The position numbers were made by a program, and so were the translations under genes. A stretch of 63,210 nt of DNA, filler included, from Asterionella formosa (taxonomy: Eukaryota): the NCBI GenBank assembly GCA_002256025.1. It is 18 parts of 18 records of this genome, joined end to end, with 100 filler letters (N's around TTAATTAATTAA, not from the genome) between each part and the next. Parts side by side here need not be neighbours in the genome. Positions count along the whole stretch, not along the records: positions 23,467 to 44,052 come from NKIB01003291.1; 17 more parts are not named here. One strand, given 5' to 3'. Numbering within the stretch: position 1 is the stretch's first letter; each line of letters begins with the position of its first letter. Below, piece by piece: positions 23,777 to 35,361 of the stretch. The notes below the pieces were generated by a model. It was given only the letters and a program-made list of their open reading frames with translations, was not told where the DNA came from and did not search any database.

Positions 23777-24622
23777 ATGACAATTAGCGAGGTGCAAATC
23801 GACGTTCCTGTTCTTGGGGAAGCTCAATCGATCTATGTTATTCGTCACGGTGATCGTTGGGATTATCAATATCCCGAGTGGTCCGATTCTGCCAAGCGCA
23901 GGGGCGATCCACCTCTCTCCAAACTTGGCCACGAGCAAGCTCGAGAAACGGGAATCTTTCTGGATTCACTCCTTCGAGCGGATGGATTTACAACCGCGGA
24001 AGGCATTACTTGGCTGTCGAGTCCGTTTCTTCGAACCTTACAAACTTCGGATGCGGCTATCAACGCTTTTACAAAAGTTGACTCCAATGGCCTCTTGATT
24101 AACGCAGAATACAGCATTTTCGAATTGGATGGGTACAACGGAATACTCCACAAGGACCTTCCAACTATAGAGGAACGCAAGTGCTATTTTCCACGACTGA
24201 ACGAAGCTTACGAATCAATCTTTGTTCCTATTTTGCCAGAAGCCAGGGCTGACTTTTTGACTCGATGCGACAAAGCTGTGATGGGCATGAATCATCGCTT
24301 TCCCTACTCGCCGCGAAGCGCAATTGTAGTCGTCACCCATGCAGCTGCGTGCATTGGAATCTCGAGAGCTGCTTCAAATACGACGCTTCAAGACCTTAAT
24401 GCTGTGGGACCTTGCAGTGTAACTAGGCTGACAAGGACAAGTAATACCCCAATATGGAATTTAGATCATTATGCTAAGGAGGGAGGACTGAATGGATACG
24501 TCGCCCATTTGAAGGATATGGGAACTTTTACTCATCCCTGGAATAATTTTGGTGATAAGGATGTAAACAAGGGATATACTGGACCACCACAAGATAGAAA
24601 GAAGGCTAAGTCTGAATTGTAA
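23777..24622 (+). CDS. Histidine phosphatase (phosphoglycerate-mutase superfamily)
   Basis: YVIRHGDRWD, D.PLS..G..QA, SSPFLRTLQT, VVVTHAA. Confidence 0.9.
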   Translation: MTISEVQIDVPVLGEAQSIYVIRHGDRWDYQYPEWSDSAKRRGDPPLSKLGHEQARETGIFLDSLLRADGFTTAEGITWLSSPFLRTLQTSDAAINAFTKVDSNGLLINAEYSIFELDGYNGILHKDLPTIEERKCYFPRLNEAYESIFVPILPEARADFLTRCDKAVMGMNHRFPYSPRSAIVVVTHAAACIGISRAASNTTLQDLNAVGPCSVTRLTRTSNTPIWNLDHYAKEGGLNGYVAHLKDMGTFTHPWNNFGDKDVNKGYTGPPQDRKKAKSEL

Positions 24623-24782
24623 AAAGCCATTTAATAGAATAAGCCCACTGAACACTGCAAGGAATTTATCATATCTTGTGGTACTTTATGGTTAAAGCAC
24701 GGCGAATTCCAGGTACAGTGAGCATCAGTAAAGATTGTATGTATCATAGAGCGACTTTGCGTAGATTTTGTTACCTATTAAT

Positions 24783-27469
24783 CTAAAAGTTAGGATTTGG
24801 AGAACCAAAACTATCTTTTCTTTGGAACAAGTAAATGTAGGCATGGGAAAACGGTGGAGACTCCGACAATGCAACTTTTTCGTCATTGAAGATGACCCAT
24901 TTGTCCCCTCGCTTCAAATGAGCGACATAATGTCCACTTCCAGTATGCTTCCCAATATGCGAGACCATGCCGACCAAAATGTATTCGCCATCTCCGTCTT
25001 CAAGAGGAAGGGCCGTGTGGGACGATGCAACAGCTGCCACTTCATTCCTCTTGATAGCTGCAATGGCACCATCCAAATCATCCATATGTGAAAAGAGCCA
25101 ATCAGCTGCCCTATCAGCTGCACCGCTAGTCTCCTTCAATGCAGCGCGGACCTGATCCATTGTGAAGCATCCCAAGTTTTCTACCAATGACATGACAACT
25201 CCCTCATCGACTCCAGAGTCACCACTGACATCAGCTTCGAGAATAGGTTCATCAAAATCAGGATCAAGGCTGTGCTCAAATACCCAATTCATGGCATCGA
25301 TTGTATTAGACCCTCCAACCGCGATCAATGCTCGCTTGCAACCATTGAATGAAAACCCCATGTCCATCAACAGAGCCAAGGCAGCTTCATCAACCTGAGG
25401 CATTCTACTGATGTCTTCATTGGATGTTGGTTTTTCATTTTCTTCTGGGACATTTTCCTCCCCAATCTGTGGACCCCTTGACTTGAATGGAGCAAAGTTG
25501 ACCTCCTTTGGAATATCAAGGTTCACCTCCAACTTCTGTGGAGTCCAATCGGCGCCTAATTTGTATCTCTGAATGTAAACAGTTAGATAACGTGGGAAGT
25601 TTACAAATCGAGTTTGAGAAATAGCTGACACAGTAGCATTCTGAAGATGAGGCCAGCGATAGTCCTCCACTGTCGCATCAGCGGCCCAGGACTCCAAACA
25701 TGTTTGGAAACTAATTGTCGGGACACCTTTTTCAACATCGTGCTTTTCTTCGACCTTATGTCGTTTATGGTCAGGTGTGTCTTTGTTTTCAATGAATACT
25801 GCCTTTTCCATTGGAATGGGCATTGATAACATTGTTTCGGTTGCGCTCTTTTTGTATTTGATACGACTGTCTCTGCTACATTCCAATCTGCACATAGTTT
25901 GGAAGGAAAAAAGGTTCGAAGACACATGCACATCTTCTTGCTCTTGGTATAAACGCTTGGATGATACCGCTGCTCTTTCAGCACGATCAAGCTTTTCTAA
26001 CATGTACTGGAAAAACTGAACAGCATCTTGTTGCTGGCCAGTACGAAAGTCGACATGGTCGCCGGCAACCACATGTTTGAACATGCGAGGCTGAACGCAG
26101 TATTTTGGGTCATTGACCTTGATATCGTTCATTGTTGCCGAATATGGTAGAGGCCCAGCAAATACACCAGAAGTCAGAGCACAACTGAGTTTGGTTGTCT
26201 GAGCAAGCAAGTCCTCGGTCGCCTCCTTCGGGGTGACACTCCTCAACAACATGTGATCTGTCACACTTCCATTAGCAGTCGTTCCGTATCTCCGTGCCAA
26301 TTCTGGCACTGTGCCACTTAACAATAGCTGTATCACAGATGACATATAACAAGAATTTCCAAGATTCTGAAGCCCCTGTAATCCAGCACCGCTGAGAGGC
26401 ACAAGATTTGCACCTGACTCCGTAATGGCATCAAAGGCATAGGTTGCATTCAACTCTACCTCGAGCTCAGCTGTCGATTTAGCAGTCTTTTGCCTGAGTT
26501 CGAATTCATGAGATATCAAAATTATAATTCATGCCAGTATCATTTAGCTTTCCTCTTTGCCTGAAATTCAACTTACAATGATCCAACCATTATTCCTCGC
26601 TTTTCCAACAAGGCAGTGAGATTGGGAATTTTGACAGGGCCATCCTCATCTTTGGCATATGAGTAGCAATCAGCAGTCTCAATATCCACAGTAATAGTTC
26701 CCAGTTTGACCACGAGGGGATATTTTTCTCCTGTTGCTTCAAAGTGGTCCAGAGCCCCATTGCTTCCACCAGACCCATCCCAATTCTTGCGGCCTCCTCC
26801 CATGTAACCGTCGCTCAGGTTGAGCCAAATATTTTCGGTATCGCCCGACATTTGACATTTCCAATCCGAAGATTGAGCAGAAATTTTGACACCGTTGTCG
26901 ATGAAGGGCAAGTCGTCGCAGTATTTCGAAATAGGCTTTGGCTCGTCATCAAGCTCCCATACTTTGAGATCTTGCTGAACAGCCATCCCTGAATGGTGAA
27001 TGATTGATTCCACTGATTTGACTACAGCCTCTGGGAAAGAACTTTTGATTCCCGTTTCGTAAGGATCTTCGCCGACCACATGAACCGTTCCAGAGGCGTC
27101 GGCCTTCAACACCACGACGGAATATGAGGCGATGATTTCGAAGGCGTCGTCGTCGGCTTGAAAGCCACCATTCACTCCAATCCCTAGTCTTGTTGGAGTA
27201 GGCTCAGGATTGTCTCCAATTTCTGGTCCCTTTTTCTCCACTCGCTTCTTGCAAATTCGGACAAAGAGTCCTTCGTCATTTTCAGATTTCAACGCGAGCT
27301 CTTGTACAGTTCCAATGAACGTTTCGAGGTTCACCACGATTCCTTGATCACTGGTGTATGGCGAATGAAATGTATACGCACATTCAGAATTGAGAACAAT
27401 ATCGTGTGCTGCAGCTACACGGCACCTTGCCATCAGGGAGTCCGTGAGGGAGTGAAGCATTGCCGCCAT
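24783..27469 (-). CDS. USP5: Ubiquitin C-terminal hydrolase USP5/USP13 (isopeptidase T, UBP14); exons 27469-26577 and 26493-24783
   Basis: ZnF-UBP-like domain; Cys box GLQNLGNSCYM; QQDA; two UBA domains (LMDMGF; AADWLFSH); His box SHIG...GHYVAH. 83-nt GT-AG intron 26494-26576 is in frame. Confidence 0.95.
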
Positions 27470-27652
27470 GGTCAAACGATACGACTGATGTAATGCTTAC
27501 CAGTATTCCTTATTACATAGATGGAATGAGTGTAGCGGTACATAGTTCACATAAGTACCGGCATCATATGTGTGTCGGAAGTATGAGTTGAAACACTGGG
27601 AGATTCCTAATTCCAGATCAGGTTATGAAATATGCATCATCCATGCTGATGT

Positions 27653-27689
27653 TACCAGGTACCAGTACCTGGTACCTGGTACCCTGGTA
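27653..27689. repeat. TA-(C..G)-TA array upstream of USP5
   Basis: TA-CCAGG-TA-CCAG-TA-CCTGG-TA-CCTGG-TA-CCCTGG-TA. Confidence 0.85.
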
Positions 27690-29028
27690 GTGTCCTTGTC
27701 TAAACTATAAGTTTTCTTTGTGTAGAAACATGAAAAAAACTTAATGTTGGATATTATTCAAAGAAACATGGTCAAGGACTGTGTAGTGAATAATACCACC
27801 ACTCAAGAGGAACTTTCAGAAGGAGTTCACTCTTATCTTTAAGTGGACTCTAGGAAGCATCTTGTTGTTTCCTTGGTGGGTCTGGTTCAAAGTTAATAAA
27901 ACAACTATACAACATATTTGGAAATGCGCGCTCAAATCCTATTATAATGGGGGTGCTAGTAACGTGCTTGCATCGCTTTTCCTGCAAAATCTTGACCAGC
28001 CATCCTCTCAAATTAAGAAGACCACTGATCAAACTTTAACATCTGCAACAGTGATACTGGGAACAGCTGTGACCATTATTGCTTGCCATCAAGCCAAGGA
28101 TCCGACCATCAATCAGGGACAGGCATGTCATAGATATCAACATGATCCATTTTGAGTGAGATTAATTGCAAAGTTTTAATGCACTCTGAGATTTTATTTA
28201 ACACACAGCATATCAACATCCATTTTGAAAATAATGATAATAATAATATTAATAATGATGATGATTATGGAAAAAATCATACTAGCAAAATCAACGCATG
28301 AATATGGATTGGTATATGTATGCACCCAATGAATATATGCATGTCCAAATTTCTTTCAATTAATTTACTATTGAGATGCCAATACTTCATTACAGATACA
28401 GAGTTTATTTTCATGTTTATGTAACTCATAAAAATGCACATAGAAAAATGATATGCTTTCTATATAATCCGTCCTAAAATAAGTTGCTTGGCACTTGGGC
28501 TTCGGAACACTGCTGCAACTTATATTGGACAGTGAGAGTAGTACCAGCCAGCAAATCAAGCAGTTGGGAACACAAATTAATGTCACCTCCAAAGAACACA
28601 TTTAATTCGAAACATGCACTCCTTTCATAATTAATAACAAGAAACTTGGTAAACCCATGCTGATAATCATGATGGCATCATGTGCATTTCTTTGTAACTG
28701 GTACGACGGACGGACACATCATGGTGGCACCACCATTCACTTTCCTTTTGCTTCAAAAGTCAGATTCGATCATTAAAGATAATATCATGTAAATACACCG
28801 GTACATAGTCGCAAGCAATATAAGAACTATACCCGTGTTATTGTTATTCATAATACTGTACTGTAGTGCATCCTTCTTTTGTGGAGTTTTGTTTTGCTGT
28901 GTTCTGGGTCATCTCACTTTCTCCTTCCTTCGGTTTAACATCTGTACACGTATCTACCTCGCGACCTAGTCCACAGACTCTCGTTCATCCTTTCATCCCA
29001 GTCCGATATTGATTGTCAAAGCCTCAAA

Positions 29029-30858
29029 ATGCCCAAGACAGGATGGAAATACACTAAACAGGCGCCGAACAAGGCCAAGACAAACCAGAAGCCCAAATCG
29101 GCTGCCTCGTCCCGACCTGGCAGAATTCCTGCCAAAAAGGGAGATTTGAACATGCGAAGCGAGGCTACCATTAAACGTCTGAAAATGTACCAGAATGGAA
29201 AGGCCATTCGAAATGTCGAAGGTCACATTGTTGGCGGCCAATTTATGATGAAGGACCGTGCCGGTGATTCCAAAATTACGAACGCCACCGGTCGAATTGC
29301 TCCAGATCGAAGATGGTTTGGAAATACTCGCGTCGTTGGAGCAACGGAGCTAGATCGCTTTCGTGAAGAGATGACGGACAAGGTGGCAGATCCATACTCT
29401 GTCGTTCTTCGCAGAAAAAAACTTCCCATGGGTCTGCTTCAAGATGCGGCAGATATGGCCAGCAAGGGTGGTGGAAAGAATGGGCTACTCGAGAATGAAC
29501 CGTTCACAGAAGCTTTTGGGTCCAAGAGCAGAAGAAAGAGAGTCAAGTTGGACCAGTACCTTATCCCTCGAGCGAGCGAACCAACTCCGAAACCGGCTGC
29601 TCTGGTGAATGCCGGGGGGTCCGCTGCTGTCGTGCCAAGAGGACCTGACGACGATGAGAGCGGATATGGTGCTCTTCTAGCCGCGGCACAGGAGAGCATG
29701 GGATCTTATCAGAAAGTTAATACACGAGATGGTATTGTGCCGTGGGGGCGTGACTCGAATGTGGAGGCTACTGAAGGAGAAGGTGTCGACTGGAGAAAGG
29801 AAAAGAAGGATGATTTATTTCTAAAAGGGCAGTCGAAGCGTATCTGGGGAGAATTCTACAAGGTCATCGATTGCTCTGATGTCGTGATCCACGTCATTGA
29901 CGCTCGAAACGTTCCTGGAACTCGGTGTACCATGATTGAAACGCACATTGCCAAAAACGCTTCTCACAAACATCTCGTCTTCGTATTGAACAAGATTGAT
30001 TTGGTCCCAAATTGGGTCGCCAAGCGGTGGATTGGTGAGCTCTCCAAAACCCGCCCTACGATTGCCTTTCACGCATCTATGACGCACGCTTTTGGAAAAG
30101 GGGCGTTGATTAGTCTTTTGCGACAATTCGGAAAGTTGCATGACGACAAAAAACAAATTAGTGTTGGTGTAATTGGTTACCCAAATGTTGGAAAGTCATC
30201 TGTAATCAACACTCTCATTTCTAAAAAGTCGTGCAAAGTCGCCCCAATTCCAGGCGAAACAAAGATTTGGCAGTACATTTCTCTTTTCAAGAGGATATCG
30301 CTCATTGATTGTCCAGGTGTTGTTGTTGATACTGCTGGAGATACCGAAACAGACTCTGTCCTCAAAGGAGTTGTTCGAGCGGAGCGTTTGGAGAACCCTG
30401 AAGATTACATTGATGCTATTTGCGCTGCGGTAAAGCGAGAGCATATTGCCGCTCAGTACAAGCTCCCTAAAGATGGTGAAGAAACCTGGAAGACTAGCCT
30501 CCAGCTCATGGAAATGATCTCCCAAAGGTCTGGTAGATTGCTAAAGGGTGGCGAACCTTGTCTACGAAGTGCCGCTATCTCAATGATCAACGACTTCCAG
30601 CGTGGTCGACTACCTCATTATGTTGCACCTCCTGAATTGAAGGAAGATGAGCCTGTCGCTGTAATCGACGGAATCCGTGCAATTACTCAAGATTTGGATG
30701 ACATTGGCAAAGCGAAATTTGAGAGGATCGAAGGGCAAGAAGGAATCTGCGATGAAGCTTCAGCTCAGTTATTGGAAGAGAATGAAGGCTCTGATTCGGA
30801 AGCAGATGAACCAACTCCGATCATCGCAGGTGGTGCCGACTGGGGCGATGAAAACTAA
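29029..30858 (+). CDS. NOG2: Nucleolar GTP-binding protein 2 (circularly permuted GTPase)
   Basis: NGP1NT region RIAPDRRWFGNTRV; KGQSKRIWGE; NKID; GYPNVGKSS; DCPG. Confidence 0.97.
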   Translation: MPKTGWKYTKQAPNKAKTNQKPKSAASSRPGRIPAKKGDLNMRSEATIKRLKMYQNGKAIRNVEGHIVGGQFMMKDRAGDSKITNATGRIAPDRRWFGNTRVVGATELDRFREEMTDKVADPYSVVLRRKKLPMGLLQDAADMASKGGGKNGLLENEPFTEAFGSKSRRKRVKLDQYLIPRASEPTPKPAALVNAGGSAAVVPRGPDDDESGYGALLAAAQESMGSYQKVNTRDGIVPWGRDSNVEATEGEGVDWRKEKKDDLFLKGQSKRIWGEFYKVIDCSDVVIHVIDARNVPGTRCTMIETHIAKNASHKHLVFVLNKIDLVPNWVAKRWIGELSKTRPTIAFHASMTHAFGKGALISLLRQFGKLHDDKKQISVGVIGYPNVGKSSVINTLISKKSCKVAPIPGETKIWQYISLFKRISLIDCPGVVVDTAGDTETDSVLKGVVRAERLENPEDYIDAICAAVKREHIAAQYKLPKDGEETWKTSLQLMEMISQRSGRLLKGGEPCLRSAAISMINDFQRGRLPHYVAPPELKEDEPVAVIDGIRAITQDLDDIGKAKFERIEGQEGICDEASAQLLEENEGSDSEADEPTPIIAGGADWGDEN

Positions 30859-31370
30859 TTATATTTACAAATACATGTGACTTTTGATATCCTTAAACTT
30901 TCTCTGCGTCATCCGCTTGCTTTCATCGGCTGACGGGGAATAATTTTCTCACATGAATTAGTAGAGGTACGCTTTATTACGGGAGTCGTTGATTCTTTGG
31001 GAGAAAATCTACATCGCGATTAAAACAAGACGGTGCCAACGATTCGGAATGAACAAATTTTTTGAAAATTTTCGACTCCTAGCAGCGTTCAAACTACATG
31101 TGAACACACATAATTCCACCGGTCGAGTAATAGATCTGCACTTCTTGCTTAATAACACTACAGAGGCATTGCTCAGCTGGAGTGCCGCATCATCTTTCTA
31201 TATTCGAAAGATTTTATTACCTTCTGTACAAAGCGAAAACTCAACGTGCACTTGATTGATTCCGGCCAAAATCTGAGTTTTATTGAACCACTGATTTAGA
31301 AATCCCATCATGGTTCACACAATCTTGCTGATTGCTTCATGTCGTGTTGGAGAGGGATTAAAAACGGGTA

Positions 31371-32777
31371 ATGGACAACATTCATCGCTTGAGCGCCGAC
31401 CTTGGAGCCTCAAGATCGTTCCTTTCCCAAATGCGTGCACAACAGTGCGATCCGCGAACCTCTACAAATTACAAGTATTGGAGGGCCGCGGAGTACGCGT
31501 TGCAGCACTCTACATTGAGCAGTGGTTTGAGAGGTATGGCTCCTTCGTCAAGGGAGAGCCCGCCTCGAATCAGAAGCAGTGAAAACAGGGATGACTTGGT
31601 TTCTGGATCGGCATATGCACACGGTGGTCCACCCTTGAACTGGCAGCTCACGTCTGAACATGGCAAACTTGGCTCGTCTACAACGGCATCCTTCACTACA
31701 TCAAAGGACCAATTAGACACGATGATACATGCAGGGCAACTACGACGACAGACAGCTAGTTGGAGCCGTCCCGTCGCTTTGATATCCTCAACATCTGGTC
31801 GTGATTCTGAATACGCAAAGCATTGGTACGAATCCAAGAGGGCCGCCTCCAAGAGGTACAAGGGTATGATTCCTGGGTCAGTGGCTCGGGAGAATGTTCA
31901 TTTCAATTATCACTTGCCCAAGCTTGATCCAATCCTACTGAGCCGTTCCCGATACCCCTCGTCTCGCTTAACCGTGACGGAAGTCGAAGTTCTCAACCCA
32001 AGTCATCCGGTTGCACGCTTAAAGCGGGGCTTTGAAGAAGAGTTCACCACACAAGCACTTGAGCGTCGAGAACCCAAATCTATATCGTTCGCCACAACTG
32101 ACAAGAGTAAATGTACCAAGATGAACGAACTGATTCCTACCAATCCGTCGTCCTTGCTGGATATGCTGTGCTCTACCACGTTGGAGTTGGGACCAATTCA
32201 AGATAATCCTGCAGGCTGCAGCTGTCCACGGTCCAATTGCATTAAACTTTATTGTGATTGTTTCAAGGCGGGTCGCCGTTGCTCTGGGTCATGTTCCTGT
32301 GTATCTTGCAAGAATACACTGGCGGAGACACGACCTGATGGTGAACGTATCCTGGCCATTAAGAATACGCTGGCACGGAATCCTCGGGCATTTACGGGGG
32401 GCAAAAAGGAAACGGGCCCTCGCAATCCTGGTGCAATTGTTTGCAACTGTGTGAAATCAAGATGTCTCAAGTTGTATTGTGATTGTTTCCACACTGGGCA
32501 GTTCTGTGACGATGCATGTGATTGCAACAGCTGCTTCAATACGAAAGAAGAGAGTGGAATCGGCGGTAAAAGGCACCTCGCGATTCAACGGTGCCTAGAA
32601 AAGCGTCCTGATGCCTTTACAAAGAAGGTCAAGGATGCCGGGTCAGGGTGTGCCTGTAAGAACAATCGGTGTCTAAAGAAATATTGCGAATGCTTCAGGA
32701 TGGATCTTGTATGCACCTCTAATTGCACGTGCAAGGGATGCGAGAATGCGGGAGTTGCGCGTTTGGTTGCCATCTGA
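31371..32777 (+). CDS. Tesmin/TSO1/LIN54-like CRC (CXC) domain protein with three CXC repeats
   Basis: CSCPRSNCIKLYCDCF, RNPRAF hinge, CNCVKSRCLKLYCDCF, KRPDAF hinge, CACKNNRCLKKYCECF. Confidence 0.9.
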   Translation: MDNIHRLSADLGASRSFLSQMRAQQCDPRTSTNYKYWRAAEYALQHSTLSSGLRGMAPSSRESPPRIRSSENRDDLVSGSAYAHGGPPLNWQLTSEHGKLGSSTTASFTTSKDQLDTMIHAGQLRRQTASWSRPVALISSTSGRDSEYAKHWYESKRAASKRYKGMIPGSVARENVHFNYHLPKLDPILLSRSRYPSSRLTVTEVEVLNPSHPVARLKRGFEEEFTTQALERREPKSISFATTDKSKCTKMNELIPTNPSSLLDMLCSTTLELGPIQDNPAGCSCPRSNCIKLYCDCFKAGRRCSGSCSCVSCKNTLAETRPDGERILAIKNTLARNPRAFTGGKKETGPRNPGAIVCNCVKSRCLKLYCDCFHTGQFCDDACDCNSCFNTKEESGIGGKRHLAIQRCLEKRPDAFTKKVKDAGSGCACKNNRCLKKYCECFRMDLVCTSNCTCKGCENAGVARLVAI

Positions 32778-33127
32778 TTTGGTGTTCACATTCCTAAACC
32801 GCGCAATAAGTGTTCATCACGATATCTATCAAGTGTACCTGTAGTGTCATTGAAGCTCTAGAGAGAAGGAGGCACCACCAGTTAGTATCCTGTTAAAAGC
32901 TTCATCGTTCTGCGTCCCATTCACCAACACGCTATTGTAGATTGCTCTAACCACTACTACTAATTATCACAAGTTTTTTCAACCTTTCCGTTCTTGAACA
33001 ATTATTGCTGCTTAAGTATTACAAGCTAAACTACTTTCTGTTTGTTCTTCCTTGATTTCCCATCAATCATAGGCCATGCTCATTGAGAATTTGCTGGGGT
33101 TCTCCGTATTGTTTATGCTGGATATTA

Positions 33128-33220
33128 GGGGATCTTGAAAGAGATACAAATTAATTTTTCATTTTAAAAGAAATAGAGATGTATTTCACGAATATATCTC
33201 AGTTATGGCAAACAGTTAGC
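33128..33220 (+). repeat. Dispersed repeat end, homologous to ~37003-37120; possible decayed Harbinger-type element
   Basis: Shared tctt.a.agagataca...tttttcatttt.aa...agag.tg.atttcac.a.tatat.tcagt.a.ggcaaa; both start with GGG after TTA/TAA. Confidence 0.45.
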
Positions 33221-35361
33221 CTTTTTTCGTGTCTCCTCTACCATGTGCATCAGACTCAGCAAAACTATAGCCATGTGCTCTTCAATGTTACAACCTGTCT
33301 GCCAATCACCATAACTCAAATGACTTCTGACAACTGACCAGAAGAACCTGACAGTTGGGCTGTCATTGACACTCAAAGAGGATGTACAAGACCAACTGAG
33401 CATTTCTGTTTCTTGCAGCAGTTGCATTATCATTTTTATTCTCCATAAGAACAGGGTTCATCATGAATGTCACATGTCCTTTCAAGCTTTCAATTGCCTA
33501 ATGGAATTACTTCAACCCTCCATCTCATTTGATGCTGTCAAATCAGAAGCAAGTTTCGGTCAAGCAGCACAAATCAGCACAGTGTAAGGATGGCGAAAGG
33601 GCGGTTAACAGTTTGAAAGATAGGAATGATTTCTAATTATAGTTAAATTACAGACCATTTCAACCTACTTCGAATATAATAAACAATTTTCATAGCACCA
33701 CAATAGTACTAGCTTTGCTAAAGTCTCATATGCATTGCAATCCATGGCCCAAATAACAGGGTGGTGGAAGTTTGTATGGTGATCACTCCCTTGTGGAGGA
33801 TTCAGGTAAAAATTTGTGCTGTCTTTGGTCTTGTCCCTATCCAAGAGAACCGCATATCCTGAAATCAGGTCAAGGACCTGGATCTTAAATTTCGTTTGTT
33901 TTAATAGAACCCTCTGTACACTTTGAGAAATGCCATTATCGGGTTTTTTCTCCTTCCTATTTCTTTAGCCATGAAAATGTGCTTATTTTCGTTTGTTCTG
34001 TGGCCTTAAATTTCCTTGAAGCCGCTTCAGTATGTACTGTGTGGGAATGGTGGGACAGAAACGGTCTGTCTGGATCTGATTTGGATGCATGGATATTGTC
34101 AATAGCCTTGCTCAATTTAATGGTTATGCTGTTGAGTGGATTTCGGTCATTTTGGTCTGTCTCCATGAGTTTCTTGTCAATTCTTGTGGTTCTTTCATCT
34201 GCTTGTAGTATGTTGTATAATAAGTAGTGGTAGTGGCGCTGAAACGGACTCCTTTGATGGTGTAGGTGTAAATATACATCGCCCTCCATGGTGAGGGAGG
34301 GTGCTTACCAGTTGTTACTTACGGATCTATGTATTCAACTTACTCGGAACCATGACTTTAATTAGAAAAAATTAATTCTTTAAGACTACCCTATTTCTGG
34401 TAGGGGAGCCCATTTAGCACTTCCTGGCGATACCGGCCTAGGTGTTGTTGAAAACTCACCAAGCCAGTATCAAGCCAACATATGTGGCGACTTAAGCGCT
34501 GGAACGCAAGAAAATGGTGGATACACTGTCTCTTGGGGGAGTCGAACAATGTCACTTTTCCCATCCTCTAATTTTGATAACTTTGATTGAGCTTTTGTGT
34601 CAGAAGGGGACACTGGCGGCGACTGATTACTCTCCCTGCCTCCTTCCCAAGGTGAGATGGGTATGCTGGGATTGAACTGGTGAAGATATTGTTGGCTTGT
34701 TGTTTGAGCCAATGCTACTGATTCCTTGAACAGAAACGCCAACTTCAGCAGAAAATACGTTTTTGTGCTAGATGTTGAGTGGGCATTAAAACAAATGAGA
34801 ATCTCTGATACATATCTCATGACTTTTCCTGTAAAATGACCGGATTTTCGCGTCCATATCCAAGTGGATTATCAAAATGTTCTTGTCCATGTATAAGACT
34901 GTGTTCCTTTCCTCTTGTGCTGCTGAGGGACTTTATAATTAAAATTAAAACCATTTTAAGAATTTTTAGCCAGTTATACGGTGTGTTGACTTGTTGAAAC
35001 AATTGATACTTCTTGATAATGAGAAATGCAAATAGAACACAAAGGCTTATGATAGTATTCACCTCCTGACCTCTCATTTTATTGCCTTCCTTCTTCAGAA
35101 TTGTTCTTCTTTCAAATTGATGGCATTTTGTGATATTCACATGATTACTTTGGACTTATTGCCATTCGTACATACGTGCAGAAGCTTACAGTTCTGTAGA
35201 TAATTGATATTCTTTTCAGAAACCAAATATCCGGTGAACTGAACAATTGGCAATGGATTGAAAATGCAGACGGAATCCATTCTGTTAGACTGAATTCAGT
35301 CTAGCGGGAAGAGTTTCAGTATCGTATGCATAATGCGGAGTCTATAATAGGAGCACTCTAA

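Noticed and set aside
35286..35303. 18-bp perfect palindrome tagactgaattcagtcta
   Set aside because: Isolated, in repeat debris; no associated feature.
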